Part shown: positions 25,055 through 37,865 of the stretch, piece by piece
Layout of the letters: each line of letters opens with the position of its first letter
How positions within the stretch are numbered: the stretch's first letter is position 1
Made by a program: the position numbers and the translations under genes
The notes under the pieces: generated by a model
Databases searched by the model: none
Told to the model about the DNA's origin: nothing
The model's input: only the letters and a program-made list of their open reading frames with translations
Assembly (NCBI GenBank): GCA_013265495.1
Contig: MU058844.1
Location: forward strand, 1,432,941-1,496,940
DNA: 64,000 nt
Reading direction: 5' to 3'
Source: Vicugna vicugna
Lineage: Eukaryota

Positions 25055-25340
25055 TAGTTACTTAACTCAACATGTGTATATAGACCGCCCATTGTGTATA
25101 CATCATGTTTTTTTCCTAGGAATTAGAGATAGAGTTATGGGCCCCTGCTCCATGAAGGTTATGTCCTAGTGGTAGGTGAGGAGTGGTGAGGACAGACATT
25201 CAGCAGGTAAGCCAATAAACAAATATGATTTCCAGTGGTAATGTTTTACTGAGGAAATAGACCTGGGGATTATGACTGAGAATGATGAGGGTGAGGTGAG
25301 GTAGAGAATTCCAGGCAGAGGGAACAGAACATGCAAAATT
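25055..25340 (-). mobile_element. L2 fragment
   Basis: 'gcccctgctccatgaaggttatgtcctagtgg...attccaggcagagggaacagaacatgcaaa'. Confidence 0.75.
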
Positions 25341-25762
25341 AGAGGGGCAGACAAGGGTGGTTTCCATCCTTTCTTTATCAGCCTCAAAGGGTTTCTGAGA
25401 ACCAGGGCAGAAGTTCTGACATCACCAGAGACAGAGGACAGAGCCCTCCAGTCAGTGTTTCACTCTAGGGAAAGACAAGGTCCCCAGGCAGCCTGGCCCC
25501 AATCTAAGGACAAAGAGTCTCATTAGCATAATGGGAATTCACCTTGTGTCCTCTTTTGCATTTTGCTTTTTCACCTCCCCTCTCAGCTCTAACCATCTTT
25601 AGAAAAATCTCTTAGGGGCAGCTGCGCATATAGTCCCCAGGGAAATGCTGAATAAAAGTCTTTGAGAAACTTCTGTAAATAACTGTGAGAAATGATACCA
25701 TAATTACATTGGTTTTAGGTAAAAATGCTTCACTAGGGGTTGATGAGTTTTAGTACATTAAG

Positions 25763-25930
25763 CCAGTGATTCTCAAATGAGGTGATCCTTCCTCATCCCA
25801 GAGGGGACCCCTGGCAATGTGTGAAGATGATTTTTGAGCCACAGCTTGAGAGATGGGGTATCTAGGGAGTAAGAGGCCAGAGATGCCACCAAGCATGTGA
25901 CCATGCACTGGACAGTCCCCACAACAAAGT
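25763..25930 (+). mobile_element. MER20-like hAT-Charlie fragment, followed by (CAA)n at 25941-25961
   Basis: 'cagtgattctcaaa...tggcaatgtgtgaagatgattttt...gaggccagagatgc...ggacagtccccacaacaaag'. Confidence 0.75.
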
Positions 25931-26104
25931 CCCCACAAAACAACAACAACAACAACAACAACCCCAACCATGCACTAAATGCTGAATCCAGGCTCTTGTA
26001 GTTCTTCTTACTAGCATGAACTTACTCTTCCACACCAGTCTCCAGTGTTTCGGGGTACAGAGGAGGTTAGGAGCTTCTAACCTGGAGATTGCTAATCTTT
26101 ATCA

Positions 26105-26325
26105 GAGTTCAGATCCCAGGCTATGCATCTTACTGAATATGTAACTAAATGTGTGTCTGACACTTGGCAAATCACTTAACAGTCTGTGTCTCCATTTCCT
26201 TATCTGTAAATGGAGCTAGTGCATGTCCCTTCCTCATAAAGTTCCTTTGAGGAAAAAGTAAAAAGTGGTGCATTTGATTATTGACAATGTCTGGCACTCA
26301 ATGATTGCTCAATAAATGTTAAATA
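26105..26325 (+). mobile_element. MIR SINE
   Basis: 'ttggcaaatcacttaac...tttccttatctgtaaatgg...ctggcactcaatgattgctcaataaatgtta'. Confidence 0.8.
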
Positions 26326-26760
26326 TTTTTTTCCTGTTGCAGTTGCCTGGTTTCTGGAAATGGGATTGGTAAAAATCGGAAGAGTAGGGTGGAGATCCCT
26401 TATGCAGCATATACCATCCCCAAATTCAATCCTATCCCTTCATTGATTAGATGCAACATGCCTGGCATTCTGCTGGGGATATGGAGATGGATGGTATGGA
26501 GAGGAGAGACACTGAGAAAGTTTTCTCCTTCATTGTAACCACATGATGACCCCAGAGAAAGTCAGCAGACACATTTGTCTTTCCCTTGAACATAGAGCTG
26601 ATGCTTTAATGCCTATTTGAGATGTGTGAGTATGTATGTGTCTTTGCACCACTATCTGCTGCAGCTGACCCTTAAGCATTATTCAAACTGAATTTAAATT
26701 ATCTTTAATGTCTGCTAGAAGCTTTATTAGACAGCTTCTGGGGACAAATCTCTAACTGAG

Positions 26761-27168
26761 TGTGTTAGTCAGGGTTCTCCAGAGAAAACAGAAACAACAG
26801 AATGTGTGTTTGTGTAGAAAGAGATTTACGTTAAGGAATTGGTTCACACAGTTATGAGGGTTGGCAAATTTAAAATCTGCAGAATGGGCTGGCAGGCTGG
26901 AGACCTAGGAAGAGCCAATATTGCAGATGAAGTCCAAAGGTCATCTATTATCAGAATTCCCTCTTGCTCGGGGGAGGTCAGTCTTTCATTCCATCCAGGC
27001 CTTCAACTGATTGGATGAGGCCCACCAGCATTATAAGTGCAATCTCTTTTACTTAAAATGTACCATTTTAAGTGTTCCTCTCATTCAAAGACACCCTTGC
27101 AGAAGAATCCAGAATAATGTTTGACCATATCACGGCCCAGCCAAACTGACACAGAATTAACTATCACA
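26761..27168 (-). mobile_element. MLT2B-like ERVL solo LTR, full length
   Basis: TG...CA termini ('tgtgttagtcagggttctccagaga' ... 'actgacacagaattaactatcaca'), internal 'ccttcaactgattggatgaggccc', 5-bp flanks ctgag/gtgag. Confidence 0.9.
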
Positions 27169-28511
27169 GTGAGTTTGGAAGTGTGGTCTAGTATTGTCAA
27201 GGTGAGTATTTGAAACTGTCTAGATTCAGAAGCAGCGCCTAACCTCTAAAGCATCCCTGTCAGACATAGGTTTGGAGTGACCAGCCAAGTGGCAAACCTT
27301 GCTTTTCAGTTGCACGTATTATCTGGCAAAAGAAACCTCATCACAAAGGGTGACAGCTTCCTCTTTCTGGAACAGCTGAGAGTTCCTGGTTTTCTTACTG
27401 ACAGATCAAGATTTTTACCTTTTATTAACATCATCCTATACAACATTTTTTTCTGTGATTTTGTCATAGCTAGAAAGGAACAAATCTTCTCTATGTTTGG
27501 ATATTTTTCTTAGATCGCTGCCATCTTTTCAAAGCTTATTGGGAAGGATAAGTTGAAACCACATTGTCATATTTGAACCTCCTACTTTCTTAGAATAGTG
27601 ATTTAAGAGGCTCAACCCTTCCAGGAAAATTCTCTGAGGAAGCTGAGCAGAGATATGAAAAATAAATTGTCATTTGTTTATAATCAAATTCATTCCCCTT
27701 TAATAAATTTTGCATTAGAAGTTGCCAAGTTGAGTTGCAGCTTCCTGATTCTCCTGCAACCTGGATACAAAAGTGTTTCATTCAACCACCCCTTCTAGTG
27801 CCTGACTTCTTGCCAGGAACTCCCAGCATGCACTGCCATCTGTTCCCCTCTCAACTGCTTGGACCCACTCCCCTTTCTAAATTCACCCTGAAATGTGTTT
27901 TCCAAATGCCAGTCCTTTGGCTAGTTTTTTTCAGCAACAGCTAATTCCAACCTGATTCTAAGTATCAGGCTCCATCCACTTCCCTCTAGGAAGAAACAAC
28001 AGCAACAAAGCAAGGAAACCAAACTTGTCTAAAGGTATATATATAGCTCAAATCAATTGCTTGAAAATAGTGCTGCAATCTCGCAGTGTGTATCCCAAAC
28101 AGAATATCTGAATCTAATTAGGTTATTTGATATCAGATTTGAACTGAAGGACCCATCAGAGGCAAATCCTGTTTTGGCTCCCCTCTTCCTCAATTGCCAC
28201 TACATCATCCAGGCACAAGAGTCCTCAGTGCAAGCCTTTGGGAGAGAAATGTTCCCAGATCAATAGTGATTCTTCATTTGTCTTCCTATTTGGCTCTTGG
28301 TTAGAATCAGCCACTTCTTGTTGTTATGTTGGAAGCATCTTATGAACACCTGTTTGGAAATTAGGAAAGACTGGATTCAAGCAGGAGAGGAAGATGGAAG
28401 GAAAACCTGGCTCTCCTCAAATATTTCTTCTTTCCTTTGGAGATGTTGTGCAAATAAAGGAGTGAGAGGAGAGATGTGTGGTTGTAGGAGGGGACCTTGA
28501 GAAAACCTAAA

Positions 28512-28941
28512 TGTATTTATTTGCTAGGGCTGCCATTACAAAGTGCCACAAAGCGGCTGGCTTAAGCAAAAGACCTGGAGGCTTGAGGTCCAAGGTGAAG
28601 GTGTCAGCAGGATTGATCCGATTTAAGGGCTGTGTGGGAGAATCTGCTCCATTTCTGCCTCTTGGTTTCTGAGGATTTGCTGGTGATATTTAGTCTTCCT
28701 TGGCTTGTGGATGCGTCACTGTGATTTCTGCCTTCAGGTTCACATGGCCTTCTCCCTGTGTGCATATTTGTCTCTGTGTCCAACTTTCCCCCCTTTTATA
28801 AGGACACAGTCATATTGGAATAGGGCCCAACCTAATGACTTCATTTTAACTTGATCATCGGTAGACCTTATTTGCAAATAAACTTATATTCACAGGTAAT
28901 GGGGGTTAGGACTTTAGGAGGGAACAGTTCAGCTCATAACA
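28512..28941 (-). mobile_element. MLT1C-like ERVL-MaLR solo LTR, full length
   Basis: 'tgtatttatttgctagggctgccattacaaagtgccaca' ... 'ttttataaggacac' ... 'cagctcataaca'; flanks ctaaa/ctaca. Confidence 0.9.
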
Positions 28942-29364
28942 CTACAATTGACTGGAGATGGAAAAGCCTATATTGTCTCAAATTTGAATTTGGAGGCAGT
29001 TTCAGGCTGGTGGTGTAGATTGCATCATGAATGTTACCTGTTGCTTAGCATCCCCACCAAACCACCAATGCATAGGCTGCTGTCTTTCACACGTTTTGTA
29101 TTATTTTCCTACATAAACACTTAAAAAAGATTACTTTGTTGCTATCAGTATAACTTTCTCCAAGAGAATGACTACACATGGTTTTGGAAATGATTAACAA
29201 AACGAAGCTTTCTGTTTCAAGCATGAGAAGTTGATCCAAACTTTATAGGACTTCGGAGTGTAAAAAATAGGAATTGCTTTTAGATCCTCAATGTTTGTCC
29301 AGGATCCTTTCCTTTCACTCACTGTTCCCCACCCCCGTCCTATGCATGCATCCACATAATCCTG

Positions 29365-29524
29365 AAGCACACACATGCAACCACAGACAGACAGTCACAC
29401 ACACATACATACACAGACACACACAGAAAGTATTGATTTCCAAAAGAAGACCTTCCCTTGGTCCTAAACAAGGCATTGATTTTAATTCCTCTGATATTGC
29501 TGGACTCTCTTCATGTTCCTCGTT

Positions 29525-29561
<37 letters not shown>
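29365..29561. repeat. Degenerate (CA)n tract (29365-29425) and (TG)n tract (29525-29561)
   Basis: Direct inspection. Confidence 0.85.
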
Positions 29562-30089
29562 TTGTTATTACCTTCCACTGGCAGATGACTGTCTACTGGA
29601 TGCCCAGCCAGCTGTACACCAGCAGCAGAACAAGATAAACTGCTGCTGGTTTCCCCCAGAGAAAACCTACTTTATCTCAAGGAGTTGAACTGCCAAGTGG
29701 AGTTGAGTAAACTTTGGGGTTATGATACAATTGAGGCACAAAGTTCACCACCAACGTAAACCAGCCAGCCCAGTTCTGCTTTTTAATGTGCTCTAAACTG
29801 ATGGAACTGAGTAACGTAAACAAGGGTGAAGCAATAGCTTCAGGAGAAAAAGGACTGTGTTCTATTGACAGCTAATGGGTGAATGACTATTTTAGCAGAA
29901 TATAATTTTGTTTATTTGCCCCCAAAGTTTACTGGGAAATCTAGGCTGAGAAGGGAGAATGTATGTGGAAATTTTAAGAGAGAAATGGTTTTCTGGCTGC
30001 TTGGCTTACAGAGTTAGAAGCACTGTTTTGGGATTAACCACTTTAACTGTCTTGCTTTCTCAGGTAAAGAACCTGAAAACTGGGTCAAT

Positions 30090-30230
30090 TACATGGCATG
30101 AGGCTATATGGTTTAATGCAAAGTTTTGGGACTTTGGGTTCAAATCTCTAACTTTGTAAAATGGAGATGTTAGTAGGTTAATACTGGAAGTTATAGGTTG
30201 TTATGGGGATTAAATGAGAGAACACTGTCT
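30090..30230 (+). mobile_element. MIR fragment
   Basis: 'tgggttcaaatc...tgtaaaatggagatg...ataggttgttatggggattaaatgaga'. Confidence 0.75.
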
Positions 30231-30479
30231 GAGAATGTGTCCTTTTGTGAGTTACCTCCCCTCCTTTGACCAAGATCACTCAGCTAATTAGTCCCAGAAA
30301 AGGGACTAGACATCATTTCTTAATTCAGTGTTTTACCTTTGTCCATGTTATCTCAGCCTTTGGAGGACAGAATTTTGGAAACCCCCAACAAATGAGCTCT
30401 ACAGTTAAACTAAAAACCTCTTTTCAGATAGTCATTTCCAGTGGCCCCACCAGCAACTTCTACCAGAGCTGCTAATAAT

Positions 30480-31300
30480 TAACCAAAGGGAGTGACTGGA
30501 TGGAAAGTTTTGCAGTCCTCTCCAGAGTGTTCCTTGCCAAAAATGGTGTACGAGGCAGCCAAAGGAAGGACTAGAAGGGAAAGCCTGGGGCCTGCAAAAC
30601 ACACATGCATGATTGAACTTCTTGGCTCTCGGACAGACAGAGCTGTAAGACACTGGAGCACTTTCCTTATTGGTATTTTTATGGATTCAGGGTCTCGTTT
30701 AGGATCCAAATTCAGAGGAGTGGACCAATGCTCTGGGTTTTCTCAGTGGTGTTTACTTACTCAATACATTGATTGGCGACTTTCTGCAGCCTTATCTGAA
30801 CCCCAGTCTCTGTTTGAACACCTTGATCTTACTGAGGAGTCACACATAGTGGGTTTCAGAAGAGAACAGAGACAAATGGCAGAGGAGGAGCGTTGTTGGC
30901 GCTGTGGTGCTTGGGGTCTCTTCGTTGAGATTGGAGATCAAAGGATACTTCAACTAGATATGAAAATAGATGAAGAGTCTAGCAACCCTTGACTTTTCTC
31001 TAAAGCACTAGGGAAGAAATGGTTGGCTAAATGCCATTGGTGGGGCTGCTCATGAAGGCTGCGTCTGTGGCTTTGTTCACTTTCATTGTTTAGTTCACCA
31101 ATCAGTTTGGATCAGGTAGCATTGCTGGGTCACTGGAAGTTGTCCTTTTCTGAGGAAGGGTTGGAATCTTGCCGGATGATGTTGTCAAAGTAGGGCCAGA
31201 TCATTTTCCCACCTACTTTAAGACCGAGAGGTCAAGATGCACTGGGGCAATGTGAATTGTCGGCCACCCCAAGCTATCCATCACTAAGGGGCTGTCATGG
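30480..31300 (-). mobile_element. Ancient non-LTR retrotransposon reverse-transcriptase relic (L4/RTE-X-like)
   Basis: Minus-strand motifs in the correct order: DPKHH/PTTLL (30918-30885, cf. DPxNYRPISLL), LGFR*G (30806-30786, cf. Q.GFR.G) and LDPKRDPESI (30709-30680, cf. LDLKxAFDSI). Confidence 0.55.
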
Positions 31301-31584
31301 CCACCACTGTGCAGAAATTGTCCAATGGTTTCTTGTTGAACAAATAAGTATGGAAGAATCGAATAGTGAGGACAGTTGCCCTTGATTTAGATGATTTACA
31401 CCAACCTTGGATCATTGGGTAACTATAGCTTTATTGATGGTAGCCTGTTGAATTCCATCTAGATCCAGACACTAAAGAAAATAAACCAAGATCACTAAAG
31501 AAGCAAATGAGATGATTGATTTCATTTGAATTTTCAAACGTTTGTCTCTCAGGTTATGGAGGAGTAACCTGGACTCTTGTAGAA

Positions 31585-31700
31585 TATAAAGTTACTAATA
31601 TCTCCATTGTAGGGTTGTTGTGAGGATAATGAGTTAATATAGGCTTAGGATAATGTCTGTCAATAGTAAGGGCTCAATAAGTATTAGATTTTATATGATT
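31585..31700 (+). mobile_element. MIR 3' fragment
   Basis: 'tagggttgttgtgaggataatgagttaata...gctcaataagtattag'. Confidence 0.75.
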
Positions 31701-31899
31701 ATTAACATTATCATGTTTTGAGCTTGCTTTTGGAATAGCTTTCTGTTCTTTTTATAATTTTTCATATACACACACCTATATATATATATAATTTTGCATA
31801 AATGCAAACATGTTATCTCACACACATATTTATCTGTTATCTAGAGAAGGCTCATTTTTTCCTTGATGTTTAGCTTCAACTTCCCTCTCTTTTCTCCTT

Positions 31900-32985
31900 T
31901 GCGTCCCCTCTACCACTCCCTGTCATGTAAGTATCGTTAGTGACCTGATATGTACTTCTACATTTTCCCCATTGCTCATTTAATCACATATCCACATGTT
32001 ACACTTACACATGTGCTTCAGGGAGGTTTCGTTATTGTTCATTTTATGAGCATTGAGTAATGCACATTTTCTGTGTCTTCTTATTATTTTGATCACTTAC
32101 AGTGTAACTGTATAGAAATCCCTTCAAAGTGGCTATTCAGTTGTAACTCATTCTTTGGAACAGCTGCATAATAATCCGTATGTGGATGAGCTGTGATCTA
32201 TTCAGACATTCTCATCGAGTAGCATTTACTTTGATCCTTGTCTTCCTCTCCTTTTCTTGTTACTATAATTGTCCTTTTACTCTTGCCTGTGCACTGATGA
32301 TCTTTGAGGTATCAAGAGAAGAGACTGCGGTATTGAATGGCACATACAAGTATGTGTTTAATTTTTTAAATATGCTGCTAAATGGCATGACAGTTTTAAC
32401 AGCTAGTTTTTCTCAGCAATGTATGAGTAACCATTTCTCCCCATACCTATCACCAATAGAGATTCTTGATCATTTGTGGGGTTTTTTTGCCAATCTGATG
32501 GGTATAAAGATACATCATTGTTATTTTAAGTTGCATTTCCCTGACTATGATTTAATGTGAGCGTATTTTCATTTGCTTTTTAATCGTGTGGGTTTGCTCC
32601 TCTGTGAATTTCCTATTCTGTTTCTTTATTCACTTTTTCCATGTTTGTCTATTTTTTTCAATTTGTAACAAACAAATAAAAAAAAAACTGTTGTCATCTG
32701 TGGTACAAATATTTTTGAACCTATCTTTTGTCTATTTACCTTGAAAGGGAATCTTTCTTTTGCCAAAAAAGGCTTTAAATTCTTATGTGATCAAATATGT
32801 TTATCTTTCCTTTATAACTTTTGTTATATGATCTTCTGTATTTGGTCAAGAACGTCTCCTTTCACCTGCAGATTGTACATATATGCACCTATAATGTGCA
32901 GGATTTTCTTGAAAGTTTTTTTGTTTTTACATCCAAAGTCATTTATTTTTGTAGAGGGCATAAGACTGGGGTTTGATTGTTTTTA
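31900..32985 (-). mobile_element. Old L1 (L1ME-like) 3' region
   Basis: 'cagcaatgtatgag...ttttttgccaatctgatggg...ttgcatttccctgact...tcctctgtgaatt' matches antisense L1 ORF2 end and UTR. Confidence 0.8.
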
Positions 32986-33060
32986 AAGGCAGTTGAATAA
33001 CTGTGCTGTAACCACTCAAATACATTTATGAATGTGTGTGCACATATATGTATTCATGTA

Positions 33061-33504
33061 CAGATGGTCCTGACTTAACAACAGTTTGATTTTACAGTGG
33101 TGCGAAAGTGATACACATTTAATAGAAACTGTAGTTCAAGTTTTGAATTTTGATCATGCTATGTGGTATAATACTTCCTCATGATCCTGGGCTGCTACAG
33201 CCCCACGATCACAACGGTAAACAACTGATAACACTTAAAACCATTCTGGACCCATACAACCCTTCTGTTTTCACTTTCAGTACAGTATTCGATAAATCAC
33301 ATGAGATAGTGAACACTTTGTTACAAAACAAACTTTGCATTAGATGATTTTGCCCAACAGCAGGCTCACGTGAGTATTCTGAGCACGTTTAAAGTAAGCT
33401 AGGCTAAGCTGTGGTGTTTGGTAGATTAGGTGTATTAAATGCATCTTCTACTTATGACATTTCAACTTGAAATGGGTTTGTCAGGATAAATCAAGGAAGA
33501 TCTG
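33061..33504 (-). mobile_element. MER47/Tigger5-type TcMar-Tigger non-autonomous DNA transposon
   Basis: ta|cagatggtcc...gatctg|ta (TA TSD); internal 'ttagatgattttgcccaac', 'ctaggctaagct...ggtagattaggtgtattaaatgcat'. Confidence 0.9.
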
Positions 33505-33509
33505 TAAGC

Positions 33510-33710
33510 ATGTGTGTATATATACCCATACATATGTGTGTGTGTATGTATATGTATCTCCATACATGGTTGGGTGTGTATGGGGGGTGTGTGTGTATCT
33601 CCATATAGTTATATTATAGATATGTATCCATATATATTTTTGTATATATCCCCACATATATGTAAGTGTATATGTACACACATATTTATATATGTGTATA
33701 TATATACAAT
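33510..33710. repeat. TA/TG low-complexity tract
   Basis: Direct inspection. Confidence 0.85.
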
Positions 33711-35589
33711 CAGTGATTCTCTGTATAGTTTCACTGAATTCTACTACTACCTGTAGACCCCATCAAACTTGATTCAGGAGTCAAAGAGAAATTTGAATTA
33801 GCTGTGAAAGAAGAGAAAGCTATTGTTAAGACCCCATTGACCCAACCCTCCCTTTTAAACACTTTGATCCTGTGACACTGTAATTCACACTCTCTTCTCT
33901 AAATGAACCACAGTCTTTTCTCGTGGTTTTCTTTCTTATACTACTCACTTCAGTTAGTCATCGGAAGAGTTTCTTTGTGTCCAGTTAGACTCAAAAGAGC
34001 CACGCTTCTCCTGCTAGAGAAGCAGCAGACCACCAAGCTGTTTGTCCAAGAAGGAATAGTTAATTTACCTTTTTTTAACCTTTAATTTCTTTCACTTACA
34101 TATCCTATTTTGGCATTTTGATACCTGAGACCCAGTTTTACTTCTAGTTACATTAAAATTTGAGTATCAGTTGCGGAGATTTGCTGGCAACAATTATGCC
34201 AGTAAAATTATGGAGTTACATCTAAGCATTTCAAGAAAAGCACAATTAGATGTACTCAGAAACGTTTCCTAATAATCTAGGTTCACTTCAACTTGAATTC
34301 TATTTAAAGTCATGGGGAAAAAAAGCAAGACATAGCAATTAAATTCTTTAATCTAAAATGTGACACGCAGTAATGGTTCTCCTTTATCCTAGGACAATGC
34401 ATCTCATACTTGAAAGTGACTAAAGGGCAATGATTCTTTATGGTTTTTTCCCTTCGGTGACCTTTACAAAAAGTCTAAGGTAAAGTTTTAAGTCAGGGTA
34501 TTCCTCCTCCCCCTCACTGCTCTAAAAGAAGTACTAGAGAAGTGTCACTTCTACAAATCAAGTCTGGACTCAATGCCAAAAAATTTTAAGGAACAGGATT
34601 TTAGATGCAGATTGCCTAACCGAAGACAACTTTATAGTTCCTAGAACAAGGTTTTGGTTTTGTGTGTGTGTTTTGTTTTGTTTTTTTGATGTTGTCCCCT
34701 GTTAAGTTTTATTATATGAAACATACCCTTTTCCTTTTTTCTTTCTGTCCTTAAATAAGAAAATAGATTCGCTTCTCGTCACAGAAACCGACAGAATCAC
34801 AGGATCTTAGAACTGTAAGGGACACTGTAAATCAGCCAACATTAGAAATCAGCTACTTTAAACTCTTGCTAAATGCTCTTTTCTTTTCTTTTTTTTTTTT
34901 TCTAAGTTGCCAGTTGATTCAAGGGAAGGCAAGATTCTGTGAGTGCCTAAACTCTGTTTAATGTCCTACTTCTGTCTTCCTCTGAACTTTGTTTAAATGG
35001 CTTTGTCAGGAGGACTTTCCAGGGGTGGGGCTGTGTGCTGGAGCACAGATGAGAATCCACTTGTGTGCTACGTCCTTGAAGGCGGTGATTTCAGCAGGGG
35101 ATTTTTGCTCCACGAAGGGAGGAGTGTCTGAGTTGGGTTTTTTTTTTTTTTCCTACTTGGCACAGCTGGTAGTTCTCTACTGACTGGTGTTTGTTTTGAA
35201 GTCACGTGGCAAAGGGGGTTTCTGCCAATGTTTATTCATTACACCTTTAAATATGACACTCTGATGCCCATTCACAGAATCACTTCAGCGTTGCTCTCCA
35301 GTTCTCCTGCCAGAAATGGAAAGTTTATTCCCAGAGCAAAAGTTTCTTTCTTTGCAAATTCAGGTTTCATGCTCAACAGGCATCTTTCAGAACTGTTGCT
35401 TTTAAAAATATTAAATTTATTTATTTATTTATTTAATTTTTACATCATGTAAGATGACTGCTTGGCTGATCCTGTCTACACTCTTTCTTAATCGGTACCG
35501 CACTGATCAGAGAATAACTTTACAGTACAAGGAAGGTAGGCTCACAATGACTTTATACATAGCTACCCTAATATATATAGAAACACTTT

Positions 35590-35941
35590 TACTCCTTTTG
35601 GGACCCCTCCCTTTTGGAAGGCCAATATATCTCTGCTATAATTTTGGGGACAAGGCCATGTGACTTGTGCTGGCCAATGAACTGAGAATGACAGTCACTT
35701 CCTATCAGAGGATTTAAGAGCCAGTGTGAGGTTCATTACTTTTGCTTTTCCCTGTGCCTCATGACTGGCTGTGTTCCAGGTAGAGCTGCTCTGTCATCTA
35801 GGTCTAGCTGTAAACTCAAAGTAGACCAAAGCCTCAGATGACATGGAACATGAACAGTAATCAAGCTTTATTACTGTGAGTCCCTGAGATCTGAAGACCG
35901 TTTGTTACTGCAACATAACCTTGCTTATCCTGATCAATGCA
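35590..35941 (+). mobile_element. MLT1I/J-like LTR
   Basis: 'ggccatgtgacttgtgctggccaatga...gtcacttcc...tttaagagccagtg...tttgttactgcaacataacct'. Confidence 0.75.
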
Positions 35942-35959
35942 GATTACATACCAGAAAGA

Positions 35960-36190
35960 ACAGATAGAACCCAAGTTCAAATCCTGGTTCTGCCATTAAA
36001 TAGTGATGTGAACTTGGACATTTCTAAAGTACTGTGACCTTTACAACTTGAGCCTCAGTTTCCTCAGGGATGGGTACAACAACTGTCACCTTTCTGGATC
36101 TCACGGGACTGGTACAAGGCTAAGGTGACATCATTTATGTTACAGTACACTGTAAAGTATCACCCCTTTTGTAAATGCAAGGCATTATTA
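35960..36190 (+). mobile_element. MIR SINE
   Basis: 'gttcaaatcctggttctgccatta...tgagcctcagtttcctca'. Confidence 0.75.
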
Positions 36191-36544
36191 CAATTGGATT
36201 TTCCCTCTTTTAGTGAGTTGCATGTACTAGTCTTCACTTCCTTCCAACTTTCTAATAAATAAATGTTCTGAAGTGCATCATCCTCACAACATTTTACAAG
36301 CAGTTAAGCACAGATACTCACATATACTTGTCTGAGAACGGCACTTCTGCCTGTAGGGGAGCATTATTTTTAAGCATCCGGCTTTGAGAGGGACACACGT
36401 GGAGTAATGTTGAGCCATATGGATACCTGCCTGGCCGGCCAAGCCTGATGATTTTGTTTTTGAGCCATGAGACCAAACTTCTTCACTTTTTGAGAGAACA
36501 TTATTAATGGTAGGAATACTATTATATTATTTATTTTACTAGGA

Positions 36545-36830
36545 AGAATGAGATAGTGAAAAGAACATTAGCTTTAGAATCATACAGAACTAGCACTTGG
36601 TAGTCTCTCAATAAATATTTATTGCATAAATGACTGAATCAGCTCAAATCTCACCAACAATTTCTAGCTGTGTTATCTTGTGCAAGATACTTAACCTCTC
36701 TGAGCTTCAGTTTGCACACTTACAACATGTAAAACAATAATCTCATAGGGCTTAAAAAAAAAGGATTAACGAAGGGATAGATGTCTGAGGTCTCTCAGAG
36801 TGCTTAGTAAAAATTTAATAAACCTGAAAG
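36545..36830 (+). mobile_element. MIR SINE with an embedded L2-type tail (~36590-36640)
   Basis: MIR head 'aagaacattagctttagaatca', insert 'ctcaataaatatttattgcataaatgactgaat', MIR core 'gcaagatacttaacctctctgagcttcagttt'. Confidence 0.7.
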
Positions 36831-37319
36831 TTTCCTTTATTAGCTATGCTATTTCCTGGAGTGGGTAGCTGGCGTATAGAAAAGAGTGGGCTTTTGAGCT
36901 TGTTTGCAAGTTTCCATTAACGAAGTCTCCAGATTCCTTCTTAAAAAATCAATAGCGTTTTGATAAGACCACGCTTTCTTTGCCATAGAAGCAATACCGT
37001 ATGTGTGCACCTGAGGAAAGCATTTAAAATGCTTTTGACACGCAAAAGCTTCAAGGGCTCTGCTTTGGAAAAGCTTTCCTAACAAAAGGAACCACACCGC
37101 CTCCCATTGCCTGGTTTCTAGATTGGTTTCCCACCTCCTCTTAACTGTGCCGCCTTTATCTCTGGGTGCTGGTATCTGCCTCTTTAATATACTTGCAAGT
37201 CCTTGAAAGGCCCCTCTGCAGGTGTTCCTTAGTATCAAACTTAGGAACTTACATCAGCAACAATAAGGTGGGTGGTGAACTTTTAAAAAATCTGCATCAA
37301 CAAAGGGAGGAGAGAAGGA

Positions 37320-37565
37320 GCTATTGATATACACAGGGATTTTCTGGGTGTTTATCATTCATTTAATCCTTGCAGCAACCCGGTGCAGTAAGCAGCTTTA
37401 CTTCTCTTTTGCAATGGTGATTTTAAAACGAGGACATCAAAGTACAAAGAGTTTCAGGAATTTGCCCAAAGTCACATAACCAGTAAAGGATGTAGCTAGA
37501 AACTGAATCCAAATCTGTTTAATTCCCAAACCGTGTTCTTTTCCTGCCACTACCCTGCCTCACTG
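37320..37565 (-). mobile_element. MIR SINE
   Basis: 'tcatttaatccttgcagcaaccc...aatttgcccaaagtcacata...gaatccaaatctg'. Confidence 0.75.
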
Positions 37566-37611
37566 TTTACTAACTTTCTCTACCTCAGTGCATGATGTGA
37601 CGGAGACATCC

Positions 37612-37865
37612 AGACAGCATAGTGTGTTGTGGGGAGAGCCTTTGGAGCTAGGGGACCTGGGTTCTCACATAGGTAATGTCATTTACTAATCATGTGCCCT
37701 TGGGCAGGTTACGTATCATCTCTGAGCCTCCAGTGCTTCATTGGTAAAAAAGAAAATCACTCCTTTTAGGCAGTGTCAGTGAGAAAACTAGAGACAATGT
37801 AATTGGAGTGAGTGCCTAGCATAGACAACATTCAGTCAGTGAAAGCTATGACTATTACTATTGTT
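37612..37865 (+). mobile_element. MIR SINE
   Basis: 'acctgggttc...tgtgcccttgggcaggttac...ctctgagcctc'. Confidence 0.75.

Noticed and set aside
30492..30992. Longest ORF (166 aa, plus strand)
   Set aside because: No recognisable domain; it lies antisense to the decayed RT relic.
37320..37865. Inverted MIR pair as a dsRNA source
   Set aside because: Both copies are too diverged for extended pairing to be evident.
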